Of a stretch of DNA of 64,000 bases, positions 1 to 9,551 are shown one piece after another. The stretch covers positions 34,038,001 to 34,102,000 of the forward strand of contig OZ024750.1 in NCBI GenBank assembly GCA_964016885.1, in the 5' to 3' direction. The position numbers were made by a program, and so were the translations under genes. Source of the DNA: Eledone cirrhosa (taxonomy: Eukaryota). A model generated the notes under the pieces. The model was not told where the DNA came from, did no database searches, and saw nothing but the letters and a program-made list of their open reading frames with translations. Every line of letters begins with the position of its first letter. Position 1 is the first letter of the stretch.

Positions 1-39
1 GTTAAGATCAGTTACCCAAATTCAAAATAAACAAATACT

Positions 40-350
40 TTCTCTCCCTCTCCCAGTTATTCCTGAGAGGGTCATGGGGGCAGAGTCCTCAAACGCTCCT
101 TCTAGTGGAACCTGTCAAAAGCAAATATCTCCAACTGGATCTCCAAGTGAGACCAACCAACTAACCAAACTCATGGATGTTACCCAACCATCTTGCTTGT
201 GGTCTACAACTGGGTCTCTTGCCAGTTGGTTTTGCCCCATAAAATCCGTCCAGCGACTTTTTTTTTTTTTTTTCCCCTAAGACATTCTAAACGACACGCC
301 TGTAATATCTGAGCTGTGATCTCTCAATTCGGAGAAGTAGTGGCACTACC
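40..350 (-). mobile_element. 3' fragment of an RTE (Rex3/Expander-like) LINE
   Basis: Reverse complement resembles the plus-strand copies at 19070-19655 and 39780-40045 (shared ...gaataa(c/g)tggg 3' end). Confidence 0.7.
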
Positions 351-564
351 TCTCTCACTCTTTTGTTAGAGTAGCTTTGTATTTATTGACCAGCCTTCTC
401 AATCCTATTATCACTGGATAATTATCGATAATTTCTACTGGAGAAAAAAAATACAACCCCCTCCCCCCACTATTGATTTATAAATGCAATAAAGCATTTG
501 ATACGAAGTTTGTTTGTTATTGTTTCTACAAGTGCTGTAGTAATAGGTACAATTATCAGTTGAT

Positions 565-860
565 ACTTCTCTCTCTCTCTTTCCTCTCCCCTCTTTCACT
601 CCTACTCTCCCCTCTTTCACTCCTACTCTCTCTCTTTCTCTCATTCCATCTCTCTCTTCCTCTCCCTCCCCTCATACTCTCTCCCTCTTTCCCTCTAACT
701 CTACCCCGCCTCTCCCCTTCTCCCCTCCCGTCCTCATCTCCCATTCTCCCCTCCTGCCCTCCTCTCCCATTCCACCCCCTCACCCCTCCTCTCACATCCC
801 CCCTACCCACCCTTCCTCATTCCCCCTCTCCCCGTCCTCATCCCCCTCTCTCCTCCCTCA
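565..860. repeat. CT-rich polypyrimidine low-complexity tract
   Basis: Almost only C/T for ~300 bp. Confidence 0.9.
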
Positions 861-1053
861 TTCATCAATCTTACTGGTTAATACAGAGTTTTCTACATAA
901 TAAATCATTAAAAAATCACTTATTTTTCCTAATAGGCACTTGTTATATTGAACCAATTTACATTGACAGTATCACTATACAATCAATAAAACTTCAATAA
1001 TAGATAGAAATTAGGAATATTTCTCAGTGTTATGGCGTGAGGGTCTTGTGAAT

Positions 1054-1094
<41 letters not shown>

Positions 1095-1178
1095 TACATT
1101 TTTTTTTCCTCCTAAAAATTATTTTCCCTTTCTGCTCATCTCCCCAATAATTCTATTTCTTCTTTAATTTATCATTCT

Positions 1179-1216
1179 GTCTTCTGATGAAGGACTACCA
1201 CCTGAAACGTTCAGAC
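1179..1216 (+). ncRNA. Minimal type I hammerhead ribozyme motif (Penelope pLTR-like)
   Basis: gtctt-CTGATGA(1184-1190)-AGG actacca CCT-GAAA-CGTT-cagac: intact core, 3-bp stem II, palindromic AACGTT at stem III, stem I gtct/agac with one mismatch. Confidence 0.65.
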
Positions 1217-1935
1217 TCTTTTTCCTACTATATCAAACGTAAAACTAATAATATATTTCTTTATTGTATTGTGTTGTTTGGTGTATTTCTGTTGGCCTTT
1301 TGCATTCTCTCACTCTTTCTCTCTCTCTCTCCCAAATTAAGGGCAAGTTTTAAAGAAGACTCCTCTAAGATATAGTGGTGGCCATAACTTGACCCCACAA
1401 AACCAATGGTAGCACATTCATGTTAAGTGTATGAAACTTTGTTTATACTAAATAAGTTCTCTTGCAATTGAGCAGTTTGCTTTTATCTTTCATCTAGGGG
1501 TTTCTACTCCCCCCACATATATCAGTTTGACAATCGCCACTGACGAATGCGAGAAAGTTCTCCAGGAATCTTAAAAAAATCTCCCCGCCAAAGTTAACAA
1601 AGGACTTACTAGATCTACAAAACCAAATTGTAAAATTGTATTATTAAATTAAATTGTTTAGAACAACAAGTGAAGTCATTCTTTTCCTTTTTTAAATATA
1701 CCTTACTGAACCAACGATTTCACACATTTTCCAAGCTGATTGGCCTCACAACGATGGTGCATTTCTATAATGCACAATTGTTGCATATGGATCAGCGAAA
1801 CTGTGCAGTCGGGACTTTGAAAAAAAAATAGATATATTTTTGCCTATTATTTCCTCTTATTTTGTAATTTGATATATATATATAAACAAGAAGTGTAAGT
1901 CAGCAGGTTAAAATTACCTTTGTTTATTCATATTC

Positions 1936-1994
1936 GCTGTTATATATATTTCAGTGATAACCATTATTCAACAGTTATGACCTCATCAGACTGC
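1936..1994 (-). ncRNA. Type I hammerhead ribozyme motif
   Basis: Minus strand: gcagt-CTGATGA-ggtcataactgtt gaat aatggttatcact-GAAA-tatataTA-acagc, followed by AATAAA; long stem II, stem I 4/5 paired. Confidence 0.8.
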
Positions 1995-2119
1995 TAGAAC
2001 TTGAACTGAAATGAACAAAAACATAATGATGGAAGAAAGCTTACCTCTGTTATTTTCATCTTTAGTTACGCTCAGTGCTGAAGTATGGTGTTGTTTTCTC
2101 AAATAACTGGTGACGAATA

Positions 2120-2200
2120 TTGGCCTAAACCTGAATTACACCTCAGAATTTTAGGGGCCGACTTATGCACTGGATCGAATTGTGCACCGGCATATACGGT
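2120..2200. mobile_element. Terminus of a Tc1/mariner-pogo-like MITE
   Basis: cctcagaattttagggg...gcatatacggTA matches the right end of the element at 40432-40852. Confidence 0.6.
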
Positions 2201-2683
2201 ATATATATATGTATATATATATATATATATATATACATATATACACAAGTGGAAGCTTAGTAAAATCGAAGCTTTGGCTGTGGCCAAGCTAATGACCTAC
2301 AATTAGGAATGAACAGCAAAGCACTCAATAAGGTTGCAGGCCTTAGAGTAATAACACACGTTTAGACAGCTTGACAAATTGAAAATTGCGGCAGGTAAAC
2401 CTAGCCACACAATACCAAAAACAACGAAAAAACTAATCAGGTCTATATATATATATTTATTAAAATAACAGATTAAAGTTTAAGCAAAGAATCGCTGCTT
2501 TCACCCTTAACGGGATCTTCTGAAACTAACAAAGTCAATCTGTGAACGCGGAAGTGAATATTTCAAAAAACATTGCAACCGGAGGAAGACGGTTCTTATA
2601 TATTTGATATATATTTTCCTTATCGAGTCCTCTTTGGATTTTAGTCTTCAAATTTATTATTATTACTATATATATATATATAT

Positions 2684-2735
2684 GGTTCCTGAAGATTTTA
2701 TCTGAATGAAACAGTACTAGTCCTGTAGAAGCTCC
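2684..2735 (+). ncRNA. Hammerhead-like core, 5' side truncated, in an insert between (TA)n tracts
   Basis: CTGAAGA(2689-2695)-ttttatctgaat-GAAA-cagtactagtcctgtagaagc; same family as both arms of 14252-14363; stem I cannot be verified. Confidence 0.45.
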
Positions 2736-2819
2736 TTCTATAAAATAAAAAAATTTTACTCTGCCATGTATTGAGTACCTTACTTACTGTGGTTATCCCC
2801 GACTCAACCCGGGACCTAC

Positions 2820-2866
<47 letters not shown>

Positions 2867-2919
2867 TCAATTTACAGGGAAATTTGTATTTAGAGTTCTA
2901 GTTATACAATCAAAGGAAC

Positions 2920-3305
2920 AGCCTTCTTTTGAAATTGTGTAAGTGGCTGAGTATTCCAGATATATGTACCATTGATGTAATTCTCAATTCTCAGGGAGAT
3001 TCAGTAATATACACAGTGAAACAAGGCTGACTCCTTTAATTACAGGTACAATCCATCTTGTATTATAGTCTAAGTGGCTGAGTATTCCACACACATGTAT
3101 CTTTGATGTAATTCTCAGGGGGATTCAGTATAATACAGTGTGTGACATGGCTGACCCTTTCAGTTACAAGTACAAATTTCCATCAGAACTCTTGGGTCAA
3201 CCCGAGGCTATGATAAATGACACTTGTCCAAGATGTCACACAGTAGGATTGAACATGGGCTCCATTCATTGAAAGTGAACTTCTTAACCATTTGGTCATG
3301 CTGTG
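2920..3305 (-). mobile_element. Decayed tRNA-derived CORE-type SINE with duplicated 3' segment
   Basis: Reverse complement has a tRNA-like head and ttggacaagtgtc...atagcctcgggttgacc; its 3' part matches 41560-41660; ~130-bp internal duplication. Confidence 0.6.
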
Positions 3306-3543
3306 TTATTGCCAAACACAGTTATTGAGAAATATTCTAAATATTAACAAGAAAGCAACAGACATTAACTACAACAGATAAACATTGAAAACTATAACAA
3401 TAAGTTGGCACCCATTTAGAGAACAACTCCATCCAATGAAATAAGTTAAGGAAGTTCTATTTAACACTGACATTTAGACATATTCAAAACCATATATTGT
3501 ATATAGCCATTTTCATGTGTGTGTGTATGTATGTATATATATA

Positions 3544-5269
3544 TCATCATCATTATCATCACCGTTTTACGTCCGTTCTTCCATGCTAGCATGGGTTAGA
3601 CGGATTGTCCTGTTGTGGGCAGTGTCTGGTCGGCTGACCATGCCTTGCTCATACAGGAACTGATTTGGCTTGACTTCTACAGCTGGATGCCCTTCCTAAC
3701 ACCAACCTCATTTACAGTGAGTGCTGGGTGCTTTTTCGTGGCGCCTACACGTCCACTTTACAGTGTGGGCTGGGTGCTTTTTTGCATGGCACCTCCACGA
3801 CCACCTTGCAGTGGGAGGGTGTGGGGCCATATTGTCTATATGCTTCAGCTTGTACCCATGGGAGGTCGGGTACTCTGTATTACTGCGTGACGCCAGAGGT
3901 CACGGTCGTGTGTCATCGCCTTTGAGAGGTGTAATTGGATAAGGTCGGCTTTTATCACCTCATCCCAGGTCATCTTGGGTCTCCCCACTCCGCAGTTTCC
4001 ATTGACTTCTAGTGCCCTGCACCTTTTTATGCGCCCAGGTCTCACTACCATGTAACATTGCTGTTCGGATACACGCATCATACAGTCTGCCTTTCATTTT
4101 GAGGGAGAAGCCTTTTGCAGCTAGCAGTGGTAGTAGTTCCCTGAACTTCTTCCATCCCGTTCTTACCCTAGTTATTGTACTTTCTGGACACCCACCTCCG
4201 CTGCTAATTCGGTCACCTAGGTAGCAGAAGCAGTCTACTGTCTCTACAGAGTCCTCCCAGAGCTTGGTGGTACTTGTTTCCTGTGGCTGTTTGCTGCTTG
4301 CTGTCCCAGTACATGTGAAGCCTACATTCTTAATTAAGCTTCCTGAGATCCCGCTACATCTCTTGTGTACCCATTGTTTGCATTTGGGGCAGAGAATGGA
4401 GTTCCTACCTACACCTTTCCTACATACTGAGCAAGGCCATTTCCCTGAGGGGATCTGGGTTCTGTTTTCTCGTCTACTTACAAGGACCTTAGTCTTTGTC
4501 ATGTTGACCCTTTCTTTCTAGTCCCTGCTTCCAAGTTTGGAATTTCTTCTCTAGTTCTACCATAGATTCAGCTATAAGTGCGAGGTCATCAGCATACAGG
4601 AGATCCCATGGGCATCCGGTCTTAAACTCCTCCGTTATTGCCTGCAGGACTATGATGAACAGGAGAGGGCTAAGAACAGAGCCCTGGGGGACCCCAACCT
4701 GTACGCTATACTCATTGCTAATCCTAACTTTGCTGACTGCTCCCCTATACATGGCTTGTACAGCTTTCACAAGCCATTCATCTACTCCTAGTTTTCTAAG
4801 AGCCCACCAGATTATAGCACGTGGAACTCTGACAAAGGCTTTCTCGAGATCGACGAATGCCAGGTAGAGTGGCTTACTTTTAGCTAGGTACTTTTCCTGT
4901 AACTGCTTCACAAGGAAGAGGGCATCAGTGGTGCCTCTTCCTGGCACAAACCCAAATTGCATCTCGTCTAGTTTCACCCGGTCCCTAATCAACTGTGCTA
5001 TAACTCTTTCTGTTACTTTCATGACCTGGTCCATCAGCTTTATACCTCTATAGTTTCCTCTATCTAGTGCATCACCTTTACCTTTGTAGCAGTTGACAAT
5101 GATGCTACTGCACCAATCTTTGGTATGACACCTTCTAGTATTACCTGGTTAACAATACCTGTGGTTATAGTGTGCCCCACAGACCCAGATGCCTTCAGCA
5201 TCTCGGCAGCTATACCCGATGGACCGGTTGCCTTCCCCATCTTCATATCTTTGATTGCCTTACTTACTA

Positions 5270-5272
<3 letters not shown>
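3544..5272 (-). mobile_element. 5'-truncated, frameshifted RTE-clade LINE (RT, PHD-like finger, 3'UTR, (GAT)n tail)
   Basis: ORFs 4489-5034 (QFGF, DLEKAF, QGSVLSP, YADD) and 3960-4502 (CSVC..CPKC..WVHKRC); tail at 3544-3560; 5' end abuts (TA)n at 5273. Confidence 0.95.
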
Positions 5273-5315
<43 letters not shown>

Positions 5316-5446
5316 ATAAATGCTCTGGAATAGCGATATATATGTGAATATAGACATAGAATATTCGAAAATATTCTGTATGTTTATAATAAACATTTTG
5401 AAGACCTAATCGCTATAGAATAGAATACGTCACGTATTACAATTAG

Positions 5447-5535
5447 ATTCTCGATAAAAGCAAGGGAAGTAATCTACGCGTTTCATTCTCGTTAGAAATC
5501 ATCAGGACTACATATCCAGTGCTTTTATCGAGAAT
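5447..5535 (-). ncRNA. Type I hammerhead ribozyme with extended stem I (copy 1)
   Basis: Minus strand: attctcgataaaagca-ctggatat-GTAGTC-CTGATGA-t ttct aacg agaa t-GAAA-CGCG-TA^GATTAC-ttccct-tgcttttatcgagaat; 6-bp stem I, internal loop, perfect 16-bp distal helix; predicted cut between 5475 and 5474. Confidence 0.88.
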
Positions 5536-5756
5536 GACACAGCTAGAGACTTATAGAATACTTAGCTGTGTACAGGAACTGGTTTGAAAGAGCGGTTGCC
5601 GGTCCGGCAGAAATTAGAAATTGGAATAAATGCTCTGGAATAGCGATATATATGTGAATATAGACATAGAATATTCGAAAATATTCTGTATGTTTATAAT
5701 AAACATTTTGAAGACCTAATCGCTATAGAATAGAATACGTCACGTATTACAATTAG

Positions 5757-5845
5757 ATTCTCGATAAAAGCAAGGGAAGTAATCTACGCGTTTCATTCTC
5801 GTTAGAAATCATCAGGACTACATATCCAGTGCTTTTATCGAGAAT
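5757..5845 (-). ncRNA. Type I hammerhead ribozyme (copy 2)
   Basis: Same as 5447-5535 shifted by 310 bp; predicted cut between 5785 and 5784. Confidence 0.88.
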
Positions 5846-5993
5846 GACACAGCTAGAGACTTATAGAATACTTAGCTGTGTACAGGAACTGGTTTGAAAG
5901 AGCGGTTGCCGGTCCGGCAGAAATTAGAAATTGGAATAAATGCTCTGGAATAGCGATATATATGTGAATATAGACATAGAATATTCGAAAATA

Positions 5994-7372
5994 GAAGAGT
6001 ACAACAGATGCCCTCTTCTTGGTGAGACAAATGTAAGAGAGGTTCTTAGAGAAGAATAAGCCACTATACTTAGCCTTTGTTGACCTAGAGAAGGCCTTTG
6101 ATAGGGTACCCCGATCTGTCATCTGGTGGTCCCTAAGGAAGCTAGGTGTTGAGGAATGGCTTGTGAGGACAGTGCAAACTTTGTACAGAGGTACTCTCAG
6201 TAAAGTCAGGGTAGGAATGGAGTTTAGTGAGGAATTCCAGATACAAGTAGGAGTACATCAGGGTTCGGTCCTCGGCCCGCTCTTGTTCATTATAGTCCTC
6301 CAAGCCATAACAGAGGAGTTTAAGACTGGCTGTCCATGGGAATTTCTCTATGCTGACGATCTGGCTCTTATAGCAGAATCAGTAGAGGAGCTAGAGAATA
6401 AATTCCGGCTATGGAAACAGCAGTTGGAAGCAAGAGGACTGAGAGTAAATCTAGCTAAGACAAAAGTGTTGATGAGTAGAAAAGAGGACAAAACCCTGAT
6501 TCCGTCAGGGAAATGGCCATGTTCGATATGCAGAAAAGGAACTGGCATAAATTCTATAAAATGCACACAATGCAGGTCCTGGGTACACAAGAGATGTAGC
6601 GGGATAGCAGGCAAACTAACAGGTAGGGAGAAATATGTATGCAGTAGATATACAGGGAAATTAGACAGTAGAAGTCGCACTGATAGACACATTTTTCAAA
6701 TGCGAGAGGGCGCTATAGAAGTGGTGGATAGCTTCCGGTACCTAGGAGATCAGATTAGCATGGGAGGAGGGTGTTCCGAGGCCATAGTATCTAGAATAAG
6801 GACGGGTTGGAAGAAGTTTAGGGAGCTGCTTCCTCTGTTGACGAAGTAGGGTTTCTCCCTGCGTACGAAAGGCCGGTTGTATGATCCCTGTGTGAGGAGC
6901 GCGATGCTGCATGGTAGTGAGACATGGGCAGCAACCGCAGAGGATATGCGACGGCTGGAGAGAAATGAGGCAAGCATGCTCCGTTGGATGTGCAGTGTAA
7001 ATGTGCGTGAACGACCCAGCATAAATGTGTTGAGAGAGAAACTGTGTCTGAGAGGGATAGAATGTAGTGTACGGGAGAGGAGACTGAGGTGGTATGGACA
7101 TGTGATGCGCATGGAGGATGACCAATGGGTGAAGAAGTGCCAGGAAATGCCAGTTGAAGGAAGACATGGTAGAGGTAGACCACGAAAAACATGGGCGGAG
7201 GTGGTGAGAACAGACCTCAGATCATTGAAGCTCACGGTGGAGATGACGAGGGACCGTGACGAGTGGAGAGATGCTGTGCTGAATAAGACCCGTCCCACCC
7301 TTGCAAGCAGAGAAAAGCGGACGTAAAATGATGATGATGATGATGATGATAATGATGATGATGATAATGATG
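5994..7372 (+). mobile_element. 5'-truncated RTE LINE, divergent subfamily with almost no 3'UTR
   Basis: ORFs 6163-6849 (QGSVLGP, YADD, Cys finger) and 6877-7326 ([16 protein letters not shown]) split by a premature stop; (GAT)n tail from ~7328. Confidence 0.95.
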
Positions 7373-7910
7373 TATATGTATATATATGCATATATATGTA
7401 TATATATGCATATATATGTATATATATGCATATATATGTATGTATATGTATATATGTATATATGTATATATATGCATATATGTATATATATGCATATATA
7501 TGTATATATATGCATATATATGTATATATATGCATATATATGTATGTATATGTATGTATATATATATATATATACAAATATGTGTGTATATATGTATGTA
7601 TATGTGTATATATGTATGTATATGTGTATATATGAATGTATATGCATATGTATGTATATGTGTATATATGAATGTATATGCATATGTATGTATATGCATA
7701 TGTATGTATGTATATGCATATGTATGTATATGTATGTATATGCATATGTATGTATGTATATGTATATATATGTATATATATGTATATATATGCATATATA
7801 TGTATATATATGTATATATATGCATATATATGTATATATATGTATATATATGCATATATATGTATGTATATGTATGTATATATATGTATATATATATGTG
7901 TGTGTATGTA
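7373..7910. repeat. Compound (TA)/(TATG)/(TGCATA) microsatellite
   Basis: Directly visible; explains the Y/I/H/M-rich ORFs. Confidence 0.95.
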
Positions 7911-8369
7911 TCTCTCGGTGATTATGGATGGCCATTGACTCTCAAGGCAGAATTCTAGGAGAAGGAAAACTCTGATATAACACCTGCAACCCTGATGGTA
8001 TCCAATGATGTTGACTTGTTCTTCTTTTTGGTAAATAGCATCTTGGTTAAGAGAGTGGGACTGGCTTTGTGCAGTGCCTTTGCTCACTATAAAAGCTTCA
8101 CGGCACAGGCATTGCTTTATATCTGGAGATCTCTCTGCACTTGTCGTCACATGGTACCAAGAGCCTAGCACTATGTGTCAATAATTGTCACAAGTGTAGT
8201 GTTTGTACCAGAGTTTTCAAGTCGCTGGCTGGACTAAAAAGTCACACTCGTTCAGCGCATCGGTAGGGGTTCTCCTACATGGATATAAAGTAGTGGCCGT
8301 ACTCGAAAACGAGTTGGCAGCCACCATGTATATATATTTGTATGTATATGTATTTTCATTTTTCATCTT

Positions 8370-8940
8370 TAAATAGAATGAGGAGGTTTTTGTGTAGGAG
8401 GTCGAACATCTCAGTGTTTCTGGGGTTGAATGTGGATACATATGGTAAGGGATTGTTTGTGGTTCTGTGCTTTGGGCTGTTGGGTTGATGAACATTTGCA
8501 TGTTTTGCTCTGTCTATTCCGTTATTAATTATGTCAAGTGGGAAGGCTCTTAAGGTAAGTGTGTTTTTTAGTTAATTCAGTCTCTGTTCCCGTTTAGCTG
8601 GGTCTGATACTATGGTGCACATACGTTTGGCTAAATTAAAAGGAATGTTAAGTTTTGTATGTTTTGGGTGATTTGATGTGAATAGGAGGTACTGTTTGGA
8701 GTCCATGGGTTTATAAAAGATGTCTGTTTCTATTTTCCCATCTGTTTTTAAAATAAGGATATCCAAGAAGGCTAATTCCTCGGAGTTGGATTCCATTATG
8801 AATTGTATGTTATTGTTAATGTTGTTTATCATATTTTTGAAAAGATTGAGTTTATTCATGTCTTCTTGCCATAGTATAAAGCAATCATCTAGGTATCTCT
8901 TCCAATTACTTTTGAGATGTGTAAGGAAAGAGTCTCTGGA
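8370..8940 (-). mobile_element. Penelope-like element reverse transcriptase fragment
   Basis: Minus strand reads WKRYLDDCFILW then LAFLDILI..TDIFYKPMDSKQYLLFTSNHPKHTKLNIPFNLAKR, typical PLE RT C-terminal motifs; TA-rich tracts on both sides. Confidence 0.9.
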
Positions 8941-8941
8941 A

Positions 8942-8984
<43 letters not shown>

Positions 8985-9443
8985 GTGCACATGTAGTTGG
9001 TGGCTGAGAGAAAGGAGTACTTAGTACTGAAGTAGAGATTTGGTATTCAATATTATTATTATGGCTAAAAAGTGAGTCTTGTTACTCAGTTTTGCCTGCG
9101 TATCACAATGTCATCATGCCAAAATCTCCAAGGGGTGAATAATACAAGTTAGACAAACAAATATTAGAAATTTTCGCTCAAATTCTCTCCCTAACTGTAG
9201 TTTCTGTAATTGAAAAACAATATTGATTATCTTAATAAATTAAGCCAACCAATATTGGAAGAAATTCTGTCAAAAGATATAAGTTTATCATACACTTTGC
9301 TTTTACCTGAATATCCCTCAAATCATAATTTACTGTCTTAAATAAAGGGCACATTATATATATATATATATATATAATATGTCCCAAGGCTCTGATACCA
9401 TCAACACTATAAACACAGAGCTGGCATATCTAAGAACTGACTA

Positions 9444-9499
9444 ACTGCCTGATGAGGTCATAGCTATTCAATGGCTATCATCGAAATATATATAGCAGT
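9444..9499 (+). ncRNA. Type I hammerhead ribozyme motif
   Basis: actgc-CTGATGA(9449-9455)-ggtcatagctat tca atggctatcatc-GAAA-tatataTA^gcagt then AATAAA; perfect 5-bp stem I; lies in a ~170-bp insert between (TA)n tracts. Confidence 0.88.
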
Positions 9500-9551
9500 A
9501 AATAAAGGATTATGAGTTCATGCAATTGACTCATGTTTCGTCACTATATAT

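Larger units (their letters stand above)
5311..5993 (-). repeat. 2.2 tandem copies of a 310-bp structured non-coding unit carrying a hammerhead (candidate non-LTR retrozyme)
   Basis: ttggaataaatgctctgg starts at 5311, 5621 and 5931; copies look identical by eye; one hammerhead per full unit. Confidence 0.85.

Noticed and set aside
1538-1562. CTGACGA..GAAA near 1540, and CTGATGA at ~39673
   Set aside because: No supporting stems I/II, or no GAAA at the right position; likely chance matches.
2285-2320. ctaatga-cct acaatt agg-aatgaa
   Set aside because: Both core boxes deviate from the hammerhead consensus; unsupported.
6750-8171. 473-aa and overlapping Y/I/H/M-rich ORFs (also 12197-13009 and 21535-21837)
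   Set aside because: Translations of microsatellites and antisense LINE sequence; no domain signal.
7905-8330. Unassigned segment containing ggagaaggaaaactctga
   Set aside because: Resembles a retroelement UTR fragment but cannot be classified from the sequence alone.
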